DNA of 63,796 nucleotides, filler included, from Collodictyon triciliatum (lineage: Eukaryota): the NCBI GenBank assembly GCA_043381765.1. It is 5 parts of 5 records of this genome, joined end to end, with 100 filler letters (N's around TTAATTAATTAA, not from the genome) between each part and the next. Parts side by side here need not be neighbours in the genome. Positions count along the whole stretch, not along the records: positions 1 to 27,586 come from JBHJMP010000168.1; 4 more parts are not named here. The stretch is one strand, 5' to 3'. Positions 1 to 12,149 of this stretch are shown here, piece by piece (the stretch's first letter is position 1; each line of letters opens with the position of its first letter). The translations under genes and the position numbers were made by a program. Under the pieces are notes generated by a model. It did not search any database, was not told where the DNA came from, and was given only the letters and a program-made list of their open reading frames with translations.

Positions 1-273
1 CTTTTTCTTTTTCTTTTTCTTTTTCTTTTTCTTTTTCTTTTTCTTTTTCTTTTTCTTTTTCTTTTTCTTTTTCTTTTTCTTTTTCTTTTTCTTTTTCACC
101 CACTAGTCTAACATATAATTTTTCTTGTTGAAGCATTTCAAGATTTTCTCATACACAACAGCCTTACCTTTGTTCCTCCCTTTCCATACAGAAAAAAAAT
201 CTCTGTTAGCACTTGTGGTCTTTTTTTTCGTCTCATTATCCCTGCCATTCCTTATCTTTGTATTTCATTCCAG

Positions 274-1346
274 TTTAATTTCCGTGGGCCTGCTCAAGAG
301 CGCATGGTCGGGAACTTGAGCGGTGGTGAAAGAAATCGCCTCCATCTCGCCAAAATGCTTCGTGAAGGTTAGTTTTAGATATCCTTGCATTAAGATGATA
401 TATGATATCAATCAACTATCTTATCTTTTTTTTATGTTATATTAAGCTATGTATTTTTGTCCTTATTTTATTTTGATTGTTCTTAGGTTGTAATTTACTG
501 ATGCTGGATGAACCGACGAACGACTTGGATGTGGACACTCTTCGTTCATTGGAGGAGGCGCTTCCGGAATTTCCAGGTGAATGAACCAGGAAGGCTGATG
601 CGTAACATGCAATGCCTGTGATGTATGCAAGATTCAAAAAAAAGAAGAGAAAAGGAGATAATTGCAACCAGACACGTTGCTTTCTACTGAACTCAAGATA
701 ATATCATGAATTCTGTTAATTAACTGTTGAAAACACCAAAATATATATTAAAAAAAAAACAACTTATCTCAGGTTGCGTGATGGTCATCAGCCACGACCG
801 TTGGTTCCTCAATCGCATTTGCACACACATTCTCGCTTTTGAAGGAAACAGTCAGGTTTGCTTCAGTGACATAGGAAATATCACACACATATGCATACAT
901 ATGACATCCTCTTTTCATTCCGGGAAGAGCCAAAGATGCCCATTATTTTACGGTAAAGAGGATTCGCCGTTTGGAGAGAGAGCCCTTTTATAAATACATA
1001 CTTGATTTAAAAAGTAGCAACGTGCAAGGCCATAATTCATTTGATTGCATTTTGCAGGTCGTCTTCTTTGAAGGCAACTATGCTGATTACGAGGCAGACA
1101 GAGTCCAGCGTCTGGGTTTGCATTCTTTTACCATTCCGTTTTTGCGACGCCCTCCTTTTTCCTTTTCATTTCTCACTCTTATGCAATCGGTTTCATGGCT
1201 CTTTTACCATCGTCAAATCATGAAGCACTTGTTTACTTTTGAAAACATGTTTTCGGGTTTTCAACACCACGCCTCTTACTCAATCACACGCTGTAGGAAA
1301 TCAACGACCGACACGAATCAAATACAAAAAGGCTATTATCCAATGA
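274..1346 (+). CDS. ettA: ABC-F ATPase, EttA/ChvD-like; last five exons, 5' part outside the window
   Basis: GT-AG spliced exons read [32 protein letters not shown] / [30 protein letters not shown] / [27 protein letters not shown] / [20 protein letters not shown] / [15 protein letters not shown]. These give the ABC signature, Walker B, H-loop and an EttA-type RIKYKK tail. Confidence 0.9.
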
Positions 1347-1897
1347 CAATAATAATAAAAATTAAAATACGATGAAAGTGAAGCAGCAAAATTTCAAGAC
1401 CGTTCCTTATAAGCATCAATCAACGAGCTTACTGAATCGCACATAAAAACAATAATTGGATAAATCTGTCACCTCCATGCGGAAAGGTTGATAGTTCCAA
1501 GGGCAGGGAAACAGGACGGCAAAACGAAAACAGATATGAAGCTGACTCTAGATTTCGCCTCGCCTCGCATTGTAGTAGTTTGTTCAATCGGGTGGGTTAC
1601 AATCATGTGGAAACAACGGTTATAATTATAGTAAAAGTCAACTTGGTGTGTGCTCTTTATTTTATCCTCGGACTTCATCCAATGGAATGAGCATATCGCG
1701 CAGACTTTGAATTTTTTTTCTTTGTTGATGAAAAGCAGGAGGCATGATATATTTAAGAAAAAAAAAAGGAATACTCGTGTTACAATTCACCAAATACCAA
1801 CTATTGTTTTTCTAATAATAAAGATGAAAAAAGGAAACAAAGCCTCTTTTTCAATAACAGCAGCAATCACGCCGCCACACACGAGAAAGTAAGTCAC

Positions 1898-2580
1898 TTA
1901 AGCCAAGTTTCCAACGGCCTGTAATCTGCCGCCCATCCCCTTCGACTCACGACGGAGCACAATGTTCTGCAAAATAGGCGACTGCGTCTTCAGATACTCC
2001 GGGTCCACGACTTTGAATGACTGGATAAAGTACTGCTCTTTACCCTCTGCGTTCATCACTAACTCGTAGTTTGTATATGTCTGCGACAGATTGTGAACAC
2101 GGGAAGATGCCTGTGTTCTTCCGGCGATGCCAGATGACTCCATCAAGTTTGCCTCTATCATAGCATCTCCCCACTAAAAAGATAGATATATAAATATGTA
2201 AACAAATACATACACACATACACACACACATACATACATACATACATACATACATACATACATACATACATACATACATACATACATACATACATACATA
2301 CATACATTTTAAGCTGCCACTTACCATATCATAGCTGAATTTGCGAGAGCCGATGACTCCGGAGATGCAGTCTCCCATCGCGATTCCTATGCGCAGTCGG
2401 ACAGTGCGCCGAATATCTGCTGATATTCTCTTCGAAGCCTCATGCGCCTCTTCAGCCAGATATGCATATTGCTAAGTACCTTTTTTATATAAAGAAAAAG
2501 AAAACATGTCGACAATCTGACAGCACAAGCTGGAATGCTGGGTGTGAAAAATTTCAACTGGACAGAGGGAGACACATAGA

Positions 2581-2675
<95 letters not shown>

Positions 2676-5403
2676 ACATGCAGAGAAAGATTCAAGAGAA
2701 AAGAGGGAAAATGGTTTCAACATTCGATCTGCAATTACGTGATATGATATGAAAAAGTATTTTCATATTTGACGGAAAAAAAAACTATCAAAGAGGTTAG
2801 ACAAACCACAACGCAGTCCCCGAGGGACTTCAACTTCTGAAGGCGGTATTTGAAACAGAGGCGATCAAATGATACAAATAAGTGATTCAGGAGCTCATTA
2901 AGTTCGTCGATATTCATGTCAGATACCATCTGCGTGAAACTGCAATTGTACGTCACAATAAGAGTTGTTTAGTGATGATATTGTGAAACGAATCGAGAAT
3001 GGAAGAGATCATCACCTAACAATGTCAGCATATAAAACGCAGACTTTGCTGTGCCTTTCACCAAATGTCTGTGGTCTTTCTTGGAGGCGGTCATAGATTT
3101 TCTTTAAATGAATAACAGTGGTTGGTGAAACTTGCAAGAAAAGAAAAGAAAACTCTGGGATGCTATTTGCTTCGGTCGATATTTTTTTTCTTCCAGGAGA
3201 AAAAAGAAACAACAACCAAGGTACAATACCTTAGGAAGAATAGACAAAATCATGCGTTGAGTACAAAGCTTCTGCTTGTCGATTATTTTAGCCTCATTCT
3301 GCGGGTTTATCGAAATAAGAGCAAGGAGTTGGATTGTATCAACCATACCACGATAGCACTGATTTTAATCACACGAATGGATATGTCAATATAATTCACT
3401 TTAAAAGCAAATAGGAATCATACAGAGAGATGCTCTGATAGGTAGAACACCACTCTGTGCTGCGATTCAATCATGTACATGGTGTAAAATCCAACAATGA
3501 TGAATGACACATTCGATGGAAGAACCCATTTTGCGTACAAGCTCCCCATACTGACTGAAAAAGTCTTTTGCAAAGGTTGGAGTAAGCAATTAATCGATAT
3601 CCTTAAATCAAGTATTCCTTTTAAGATTCTTCGAGTGAAAAAAAAAAAAACAGAATAAAAAAAAGCAAAGATAACACGTATGGAGCGCCATAGAATACCG
3701 TATTCACAAGATATGTGGTCTTTAATAATATGAACAAGGTTATACAATATTAAAAAAAAAAAAGACATCAGAGGAAGTGCCGGGGGTTGAAAACTAAGGA
3801 TGGGAGTATAATATCAACCAGGGTGAAAAAGGAAACGAAAGACATCATCGTGACTTACAAGAAGCCATATCGAGGACGGGAACATTACAGCCGCTTTGGT
3901 GCGAAAAGTCATGGAAGGTAATGTAAAAACAAGGCACATTACAGAAGTCAATTCAGTGTTGTAGTATGCAGCCTCGGTGGCGAAATCTTCGTCTCCTGAA
4001 CGTAAAAATTCATCTTAACTCTTGATGAAATAGTGACAAAAATCTTTGGCGAAATAATCGACAATCTGAACAGAAAAGAAGACCTCTCAGTTCTGGATGC
4101 TGATGCCGATAATCCCAAAACCAATATAGTTTCCACATCACAGCGAGCGATGGTGCGACACATGAGGCAATATAAATGCAGCGAATCCATCTACATCGAT
4201 TCAGAGGGTTAATCAATGCAAATATATGCCGATGGGGAACTGCGCGACAACATTTCGGCTATAAAGAATCTTTTGTAACAAACGAATTACATCGGGTGTC
4301 TCCACGGGAAAAATGAGGCGATAGCACAAATAAACGGGACTCCAATTTGAATGAGGTAGCGGACAAGTAAAAATTCAAGAGTCCAAGATGAATTCAAAAC
4401 ATAGAAATCAGCAGCGGTCCATGCAACAGAGGTGAAGATAACCCCGTAAATAAATACCCGAACGATTTTCATGGAGCGGTAGAGGCTGTCAACATAGAGT
4501 TTGTTAAGCTAACGTTATCTTTCAATTCATGAAAGTTGGAAGGTTTTGATGAGCAAAGAATACTATAATTGGGGAGGCTGGCTGATATATGCTGGAAAAG
4601 AACCGGCAGTAAAATAACGGTCAGTGGTTCATGCGTTTCAATTAGAACTTTTTTAAAGAGTCATAATAAGAAAACCACCTTTCTACGTATTTAGCCTCCA
4701 TGCCTTTGTCGCCGAATCTGAGCCACTTAAGCTGAACTTTGGAGGCTTCTTCTGAGGCCCTACATATGATTGTAAGGTAAAAAAACAAGCCGGTTGCTCT
4801 CGTTGAATGAGAAAACTCCCATTCTTATAATATAAATAAAACCTTACATGCTATCCAATATTAATAAACAAGATAATACCTATCCAGGACAAAATCTAAA
4901 TTTTCTTCTCTGCGAACCACTATCGAAGATTTTGATTCGGAAGAAGAATTATTTGGTGTATCAATCGAATGCAAAAAAGAAAAGAAAAGTGTACAGCACC
5001 AGAGGGAAGTAGATTATAGTATAATCTAAAGAATTCTAGAGAATGAAGTAAAACCTCTTTTCTTCTCTGTTGGTGTAGAGGTGCTTGTATTGATTTCATA
5101 CTTTTCTATGAGATAGAATGTGTCCACCATTCCCTAGTGAAAAGGATTTTGAAGAAAAAAGATTTTTATCAAGCACAAAAAAAAAAAAAAAAAAAAAAAA
5201 GATGAGTATTTTTCCATATTTTAGCAAATAAAAAATATTTTTTTTTTTTTTTTTTTTTNNNNNNNNNNNNNNNNNNNNNNNNNNNNNNNNNNNNNNNNNN
5301 NNNNNNNNNNNNNNNNNNNNNNNNNNNNNNNNNNNNNNNNNNNNNNNNNNNNNNNNNNTTTACAAAAAAAAAAAAAAAAAAAAAAAAATAAAAAAAAAAA
5401 AAA

Positions 5404-5438
<35 letters not shown>

Positions 5439-8381
5439 CGAGTATATACCCAAGGTTCAGCAGATTAATAATATTTTTTTTTTTTGGTTTTGTTGCACAA
5501 ACGAATACTGTTTAATGAATGACACCATAATTTTTTTTTGAGCAGTGAGCAATAGTTTTCATTAAAGGCAAACAATATGTTATCAAATCAAATTCAGGCA
5601 TGTATATATTCAGATAATCTCTACCTTTCCTTTCAGATACACAGGCCCCCGTCCTTCATAATAGTATCCATCCCGCTCAGCAGCGATAACTTCTGAGCTG
5701 ACATGAATCCTTCCTTTCTCGCAAGTGGAGTTTAGCCGACTTGTAATATTGATACTATCGCCCCTAATAGCAGACAATATGCCAATTGATATGGGTGTAT
5801 TTCCCGAGTGATTTCATAGTGTTTCTAAGTTTGATGGTAAATTAAGTATCATAAAGGGGAGCTCGCTGAAAACAAACCAAACATCAAAGGTAAAATACTT
5901 CAAGCCGATAATTCCTAAAATTGGTGTTATTTCTATTAGAAAAAACCAGAATTGAAATCATCTATTCAAAATGAACGTGTCTTTATGGAAATGAGCAGAA
6001 TAATTGTTAAATCCTTTGTAATTCTAACTAGTATTTCTAAAATTGTCATCTTGGTGAAGTTGACGAAGACCTGCAATGCATGGCCCTCGGTGGACTCCGA
6101 TCGTAACAATAGACCCATCCATCAGCGGATGTTTTTTGCTGAGGTGCGGAACTGCGCTTTGCAGCTCCAAAGCAAATGACAAGATGCTGTCTGTGTGGCG
6201 TGAATCTCTATCTGGGACCCCGCTCACAATCTTCAATTTGCATGACGAAAATGGTAAAGATTATGAGATAAAACGCGGTTCTTAGTGGTAAAAGTTTTGG
6301 CCTAGCGACAGAAGTAGTGTAGAAAATGGATAAACCATACAAGGACACTCGTTCCTATCGTTTTGATGCGGTCAACTCTGTATTTTTCACAAAGGGTATC
6401 AACCAGATGCACAAACGAACTGATGGCACAGACCTTGATGAAATGCCAATCGTTAGGGTGGTGGTTCAAGCCAAGAAAAAGTGTCAGCATATAACCGAAA
6501 GTATAGTCGATTGGAATATTCAGCATAGGAGCTGCGTTAGAAAAGATGAGATTAAAACAAAACGGGGCCATACTATATTTGTGGGTTCGATTCCTCCCGT
6601 GCAAAGTCCCTTCCTATATTTTTATCAGTCGTTTTTTTAATTGGATTAAATGAAAATTTCGTTGGATGCGTAATTGGTGAATAAATTTGACTTTGAAAAA
6701 TTTGACTGATTTATGTTCATACCCCTTTCATATTTAAAATGTTTGCCCAAGTTGAAGAATTCAAAAGAAAGGAATAAAAAAAAAATCGTACGAATAAATT
6801 GTGGCAAACAAGAACGTTCCACATTGGTACTCCTCGATGGATGAATGATACCGGGAAACATAATCCATATCCACTCTCTGCAAAGTTATAACAAAATGAG
6901 TCATACGTTTCCTTATTAATAAAAGGATATTCAATAAAATTTTGATTTTTAAACTAAATAATGAAGACGAACCTCCCTTGCGACGAGTTCACACAAATCG
7001 GTGACCATAGACGCTGGAACGATGCAACTAGATTGTGGAGGTAAAGAAATTGAAAAAAAAAAAAAAGTAAACACCTGTGAAATTTTTTCAATCAGTACAT
7101 GTTTTTTTTGGAGCAGAAAATCAACGGCCTTCAAAGTATTACTTTGCGACGTGCCGAACTCGGTCGTGCTCTTCCTTGGTTCGCTGCTTCTCATATAGAA
7201 GTGCCATTTGCTTGGCAAATGATGTCTTGATACTGACCATGATAAAGCGGAAGAGATACAGCAACGAGATGCAGTGCAAAAATGGAAGCGCCGAAAGAAT
7301 GAAAGCTCCCAACAAATCCATGTACACAAGATTTGACGCAAAGAGGAAAACCAAGGCGACAGATATATCCCCTGCGCATCGCAAAAAGCTTTTCCTTTCA
7401 ATACCAACAAAGTACATTATCACAATGACCAGAGATGTTGACGGGGCTTCTGCTTCCATATTGATTCTTCGGGACAGGATGATCAATAGAACAAGAAGAG
7501 GGTTTCCAATGTGGAAGATACTGTGGAGAGCTTTGTTTTCCATGGCCACTTTGAAAGGAATAAAAGGGATGATCGACGTTGCTGTGGTGAGTGCAACCTC
7601 CACCTGGAAATACACTGAATTGGGCCGCACGTCGGTGAGCAACAGAAGGATGAATATAATTGCGCTGATGAGGAAGACGTTGCGAATGCGGCGGTAAGAA
7701 TGACGCATGTCGTATCTGCGGAAGGCAGCCTCTTCGTGGGGCTCCTTGAACCGAGCGAGTCGGTCAAAGGTGCTAACCTCACTGGAAAAATAATAATATA
7801 ATAACAAAGATGCACAGCAAACGAGAAAGAAAATTTAAAATAATATAGGGCCAAATAAATGGAAAAAATATAGGCAATATTAACGAAAAATAAAAATAGA
7901 GGATCTTTTCCCTGCTTTTTTTTTTTTTGGAATTAGTTTTATCAGTCTTACTATCTTTAAGCATATTACTTAAAAAAAATAAAGTAAAAATTGCTTAATC
8001 CGATAAAGTTACAGAAACATCTTACGATTCAAGAGAATACCGAGACCAGCTTGCAATCTGAGAGGAAAAATAGAATGCCAGCTCGTTTTCTCTATGAATA
8101 CAAAAAGCGAGTTGATGTATCGATTGAAGCGATGAATGAAGTATGCTTCTTTTTTTTTTTAATGAGATGGTTCGCGCTGGATGAAAGTAAGCAAGGAAGC
8201 ATATCATAGGATACTCAAATATCTGACAAATGTTATATTTGCCTGAAGTTGGGTATCAAAAAAAAAAAAAAAGAAACGCATGGGTATTCAGTGAAATATG
8301 GTGTGCTTACATCACGATAGAGTCCAGCTCCAGCATTTCTTTCTCCTCCGTGATGTAAGATATACGTGTCACTCTGCTCAT
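1898..8381 (-). CDS. Transmembrane class III adenylyl cyclase, TM-cyclase-TM-cyclase, multi-exon
   Basis: Exon 1 MSRVTRISY... (8381-8311) splices in frame to a TM exon at about 7783. Cyclase 1 has GTFLFATI, DRIKTIGTSVL, TIGVHRGPCIAGIIGLKYFTFDVWGDSINITSRLNSTC and GPVYLKGKGMVDTFY. A second TM block lies at about 4500-3400. Cyclase 2 has VLYADIV, LKSLGDCVV and RLRIGIAMGDCISGVIGSRKFSYDMWGDAMIEANLMESSG. Stop at 1898. Some internal junctions are uncertain. Confidence 0.85.
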
Positions 8382-8657
8382 TCTTTCGCAGCCTTCTTTT
8401 CCTTCGGTTTCGTGCAGTCGGCAGGCTTTCTGCAGGCTGAGGAATAAATGACGAGGAATGCAGCGAGACTCTTGCGATCACCGGCCTGTGCTGAGGAAGA
8501 AGTGGATCGTGGCATTATCTCATTTGTTGATCAAGTCGGACTTTCACAAGCGCCTGCATTTAGTTTTGGCGCAATGGCTGTGCAACACGTTGCGTCTCGG
8601 CGCTTCTCTTGTGGTTGAAAAGCTTTGGTATTTGCTGTTCCGATTCGCGAGGTTTTG

Positions 8658-8688
<31 letters not shown>

Positions 8689-8960
8689 GGAGTGATTTTT
8701 TTCTTCCAAACTCTTTTCTTTGGGTAATCGGCTTAGAGTGCAAAAATAGGAAGTGTATCTACGCAGGTGTGGAGATAAAGATGAACATACATTGTATACA
8801 ATAATTTCAATAGATCTCATTACCTTATTATTTAATTGCTCATAAATGTATCTTTATCTGAATTTAATCAAATTTATAATATATTCCAGAAATATAATTC
8901 TAAATTGGTATGATTTTTATTTCCGTGGGTGGTATCGTATTCCGCCACTTTTTTGTATTT

Positions 8961-11575
8961 TTATAACTTTGCTTTTGGGTGACCGGAGGTGGACGTGCTT
9001 TCGCAGGCTTTGGATATGACGGAGAGAATGGCGTCTGACATGAGACCAGGGACTTCCTCCTGCATGATTCATCAACATAAAAGAAACATAATCAGACGGC
9101 ATAATGACGGAGAAGGAGAAGCACAATGGCCAGAGGCTTGAGACAAAAGAAAGGAACCTGCAGGAAGTGCCCGGCTTCGGTCATTGTGACAGACGCGGTT
9201 GGGAATACTTGAGTCATCCTTTTGATTGCAGGTGCAAGGATTGGGTCCCTCTTTCCCCAGACCTGAGTGATAAAAACCCGGGTGTAAATAGTGTCGCGTA
9301 CACTTGGTTTCGATTACCTCATTTTTTCTTTTCCTTTTTTCTTTAAAATAAAATACAGCAGAAAAGAAAGGATAGAACAAACAATTGCCACAGGCCCTTT
9401 GAAGCTGCGAGCCCAGGCGTCAACTCCGCCAAGTGTTTGCACAGATGGATGGTCTTCAGATAGAGCAACCATGCGGGCAAGTGCTAGAGGACCTTTTTTT
9501 TTTTTCAAACCAGAGGTTACATCTTGGCGAATTAACCGCGATACTAAATTCTTCCTTTATTCTTTTTTATATGAAAAAAAATCTCAACAAAGACCGATAT
9601 GATAGTAGCTAGTTGATGTTTTTCAAAAAAAAAAAAACAAAAGGAGGGACTGAAAAACCTGCACGAGAGCTCCACGTCGGAAAAGGATAGGAGTAAGCCC
9701 GGTTTTCTTCTGCTCCAATCGACGAAGGGTCACCTAGAAACCGCAAGGGAAGAGCTCATTTTGCTGCATTTTTGTTTTGAAAGTTGTTTTTTTTTTTGAG
9801 AGGAGGCGCATCCCATTTTGCGAGGTGCGATTAGGGGTGATATGCCATTGGTGATTGCAAAGTCTCAAACAAAGGAGCCAAAGAGCTCGTAAAGCAGGCG
9901 ATGAAGAGTGTTACCTTGGACGCGAGACATAATTGGTACAGGGAAGTTGAAGCCTCGGAACACAAGCGTGCTGAGTATTGGGGCATGCGAAAATCGGTGG
10001 AATGGTGTCTTTCGAAACGGGGCGACTGGCTTGGCTATCGCCGTGTTTCCGTAGACAGCGGCCTGGCAGTTATTGCAGAGGATAGGAAGAGAGTCAGAAC
10101 GATACAACAGACGTTTCAGCATGGGCAGATTTACACCTTAAAAAGTACTACGTTTCTGTGTCATTTATGGGTGCATCATGGATAAAATAAGTTGAATGAA
10201 TAGTAATCTAAATCACTATGATTCGCTCCGGTAGACGAGAGGCCATCCCCGAGATGATAGGCCCTGTTATATATAATTATTATGAAAACTACTATTGATA
10301 CTCTATCAAAGCAAGGGCGTGTGTTAATCAAGATATGTAACTTAATCGTTGCAGAATAAATTAGGAATTTTGTATATGCTCCTGTATCGAGGGTATCACC
10401 TCCCCAGTCCTGTCCAACAATCGTCAAGTTATGTAAATCAAGGGTCTTGACAAGCTCCACAATCGAGTTGATATGAAATTCCATATTGTGGATTTCCAAA
10501 TCATCGGGTTTATCGCTTAGACCTGTGTTTATGGATCGTGTGTTACCTTTACAATAAGAAAATTGGAGAGAGGGATAATCTTCTAATACGGCAATTAATA
10601 TGTAAGATGATAATATTAAATAAAAGTTCGCTGAAATATGCAAATAAATTAATCATGAACAAAAGAGAAGGAAGAATAATTGCTGCAAGTCCTACCAAAG
10701 CCAATCAAGTCTGGAACGATGACGCGAAGGTTACTGGCCAGCAAAGAGGGAAGGATTCTACGGTAGAGATAACACCAGGCAGGATTTCCGTGTAGCAATA
10801 TCACCGGGGTCTTACATTCGCGTGGCCCTGTTTTGCAACACTCCATTTTTACGATAGAATTACTCCCAAAAAACATAAAAACATAAAAACATAAAAACAT
10901 AAAAACATAAAAACATAAAAACATAAAAACATAAAAACATAAAAACATAAAAACATAAACCATAAAAACAGAAAAACAGAAAAACAGAAAAACAGAAAAC
11001 ATAAAAAACAGAAAACATAAAAAACAGAAAACATAAAAAACAGAAAACATAAAAAACATAAAAAACATAAAAAACATAAAAAACATAAAAACATAAAAAA
11101 CATAAAAAACATAAAACATAAAACATAAAAAACATAAAAACATAAAAACATAAAAACATAAAAACATAAAAACATAAAAAACATAAAAAACATAAACCAT
11201 AAACCATGAAACCATAAAAACATAAAAACATAAAAACATAAAAACATAAAAACATAAAAACATAAAAACATAAAAACATAAAAACATAAAAACTATAAAA
11301 AAAATAAAAAAAAAACATAAAAAAACATAAAAAAAAACATAAAAAAACATAAAAAAACATAAAAAAACATAAAAAAACATAAAAAACATAAAAAATAAAA
11401 ACTATAATGAAGTCCCACCGTCGTCGATGAAATGCATGCGTAGCGATCGAGTCGGGGCAGACTTTGCAGAGGCCAGCGACGTGATCCAGGGCAGCGCAAG
11501 AGCGAGGCAGCGGCGTTTGAACGGCAGTTGACGCGACAGCCAGGCGGGGATTTCGGGCGGAGGAAGCTCTGTCAT
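8961..11575 (-). CDS. Haloalkane dehalogenase-family alpha/beta hydrolase (HLD-III/OleB-like), 9 exons, C-terminal AKL
   Basis: Spliced in frame: MTELPPPEIPAWL...MHFIDDGPRE...LLHGNPAWCYLYR...VPDLIGFGLSDKP...VGQDWGGPI...AAVYGNT...VWGKRDPIL...EAGHFLQEEVP...GHPKAKL*. All introns are GT-AG. Confidence 0.9.
10868..11400. repeat. (CATAAAAA)n-type minisatellite in intron 1 of the dehalogenase gene
   Basis: Tandem 7-10 nt CATAAAA(A) and CAGAAAAA units are directly visible. Confidence 0.95.
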
Positions 11576-12149
11576 TTCGGCAGGTGTTCTGATTGAAGGT
11601 CAAGCACAGGTGAAAGGAGGCAGAGACAGAGGCAGAGGGAGGAATCTATGGCTAACTTGATTCAGCGACCCGGTTTGATTGCGCATGAAGTCTCAGTTTG
11701 AGTGATTTTATTTCATTTTTCGCCTCGCACGTCATTTTTTTTTTTTTTTTATTCTTTCTTTCAAATTTTTTTTTTTTGGTGGAGATTTTNNNNNNNNNNN
11801 NNNNNNNNNNNNNNNNNNNNNNNNNNNNNNNNNNNNNNNNNNNNNNNNNNNNNNNNNNNNNNNNNNNNNNNNNNNNNNNNNNNNNNNNNNNNNNNNNNNN
11901 NNNNNNNNNNNNNNNNNNNNNNNNNNNNNNNNNNNNNNNNNNNNNNNNNNNNNNNNNNNNNNNNNNNNNNNNNNNNNNNNNNNNNNNNNNNNNNNNNNNN
12001 NNNNNNNNNNNNNNNNNNNNNNNNNNNNNNNNNNNNNNNNNNNNNNNNNNNNNNNNNNNNNNNNNNNNNNNNNNNNNNNNNNNNNNNNNNNNNNNNNNNN
12101 NNNNNNNNNNNNNNNNNNNNNNNNNNNNNNNNNNNNNNNNNNNNNNNNN

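Noticed and set aside
2472-2474. In-frame TAG suggesting stop-codon reassignment
   Set aside because: It works as a splice acceptor. The 871-codon channel ORF has no TAG, and TAG, TAA and TGA all end genes in this window.
7077-7697. 206-aa plus-strand ORF
   Set aside because: Antisense shadow of the cyclase transmembrane exon.
10868-11400. Possible CRISPR array or telomeric repeat
   Set aside because: Simple tandem units without spacers, inside an intron of a eukaryotic gene, and not G-rich.
10649-11603. Long Phe/Met/Tyr-rich ORFs in the ORF track, and similar poly-N/L/I ORFs elsewhere
   Set aside because: They are translations of intronic tandem repeats or N gaps.
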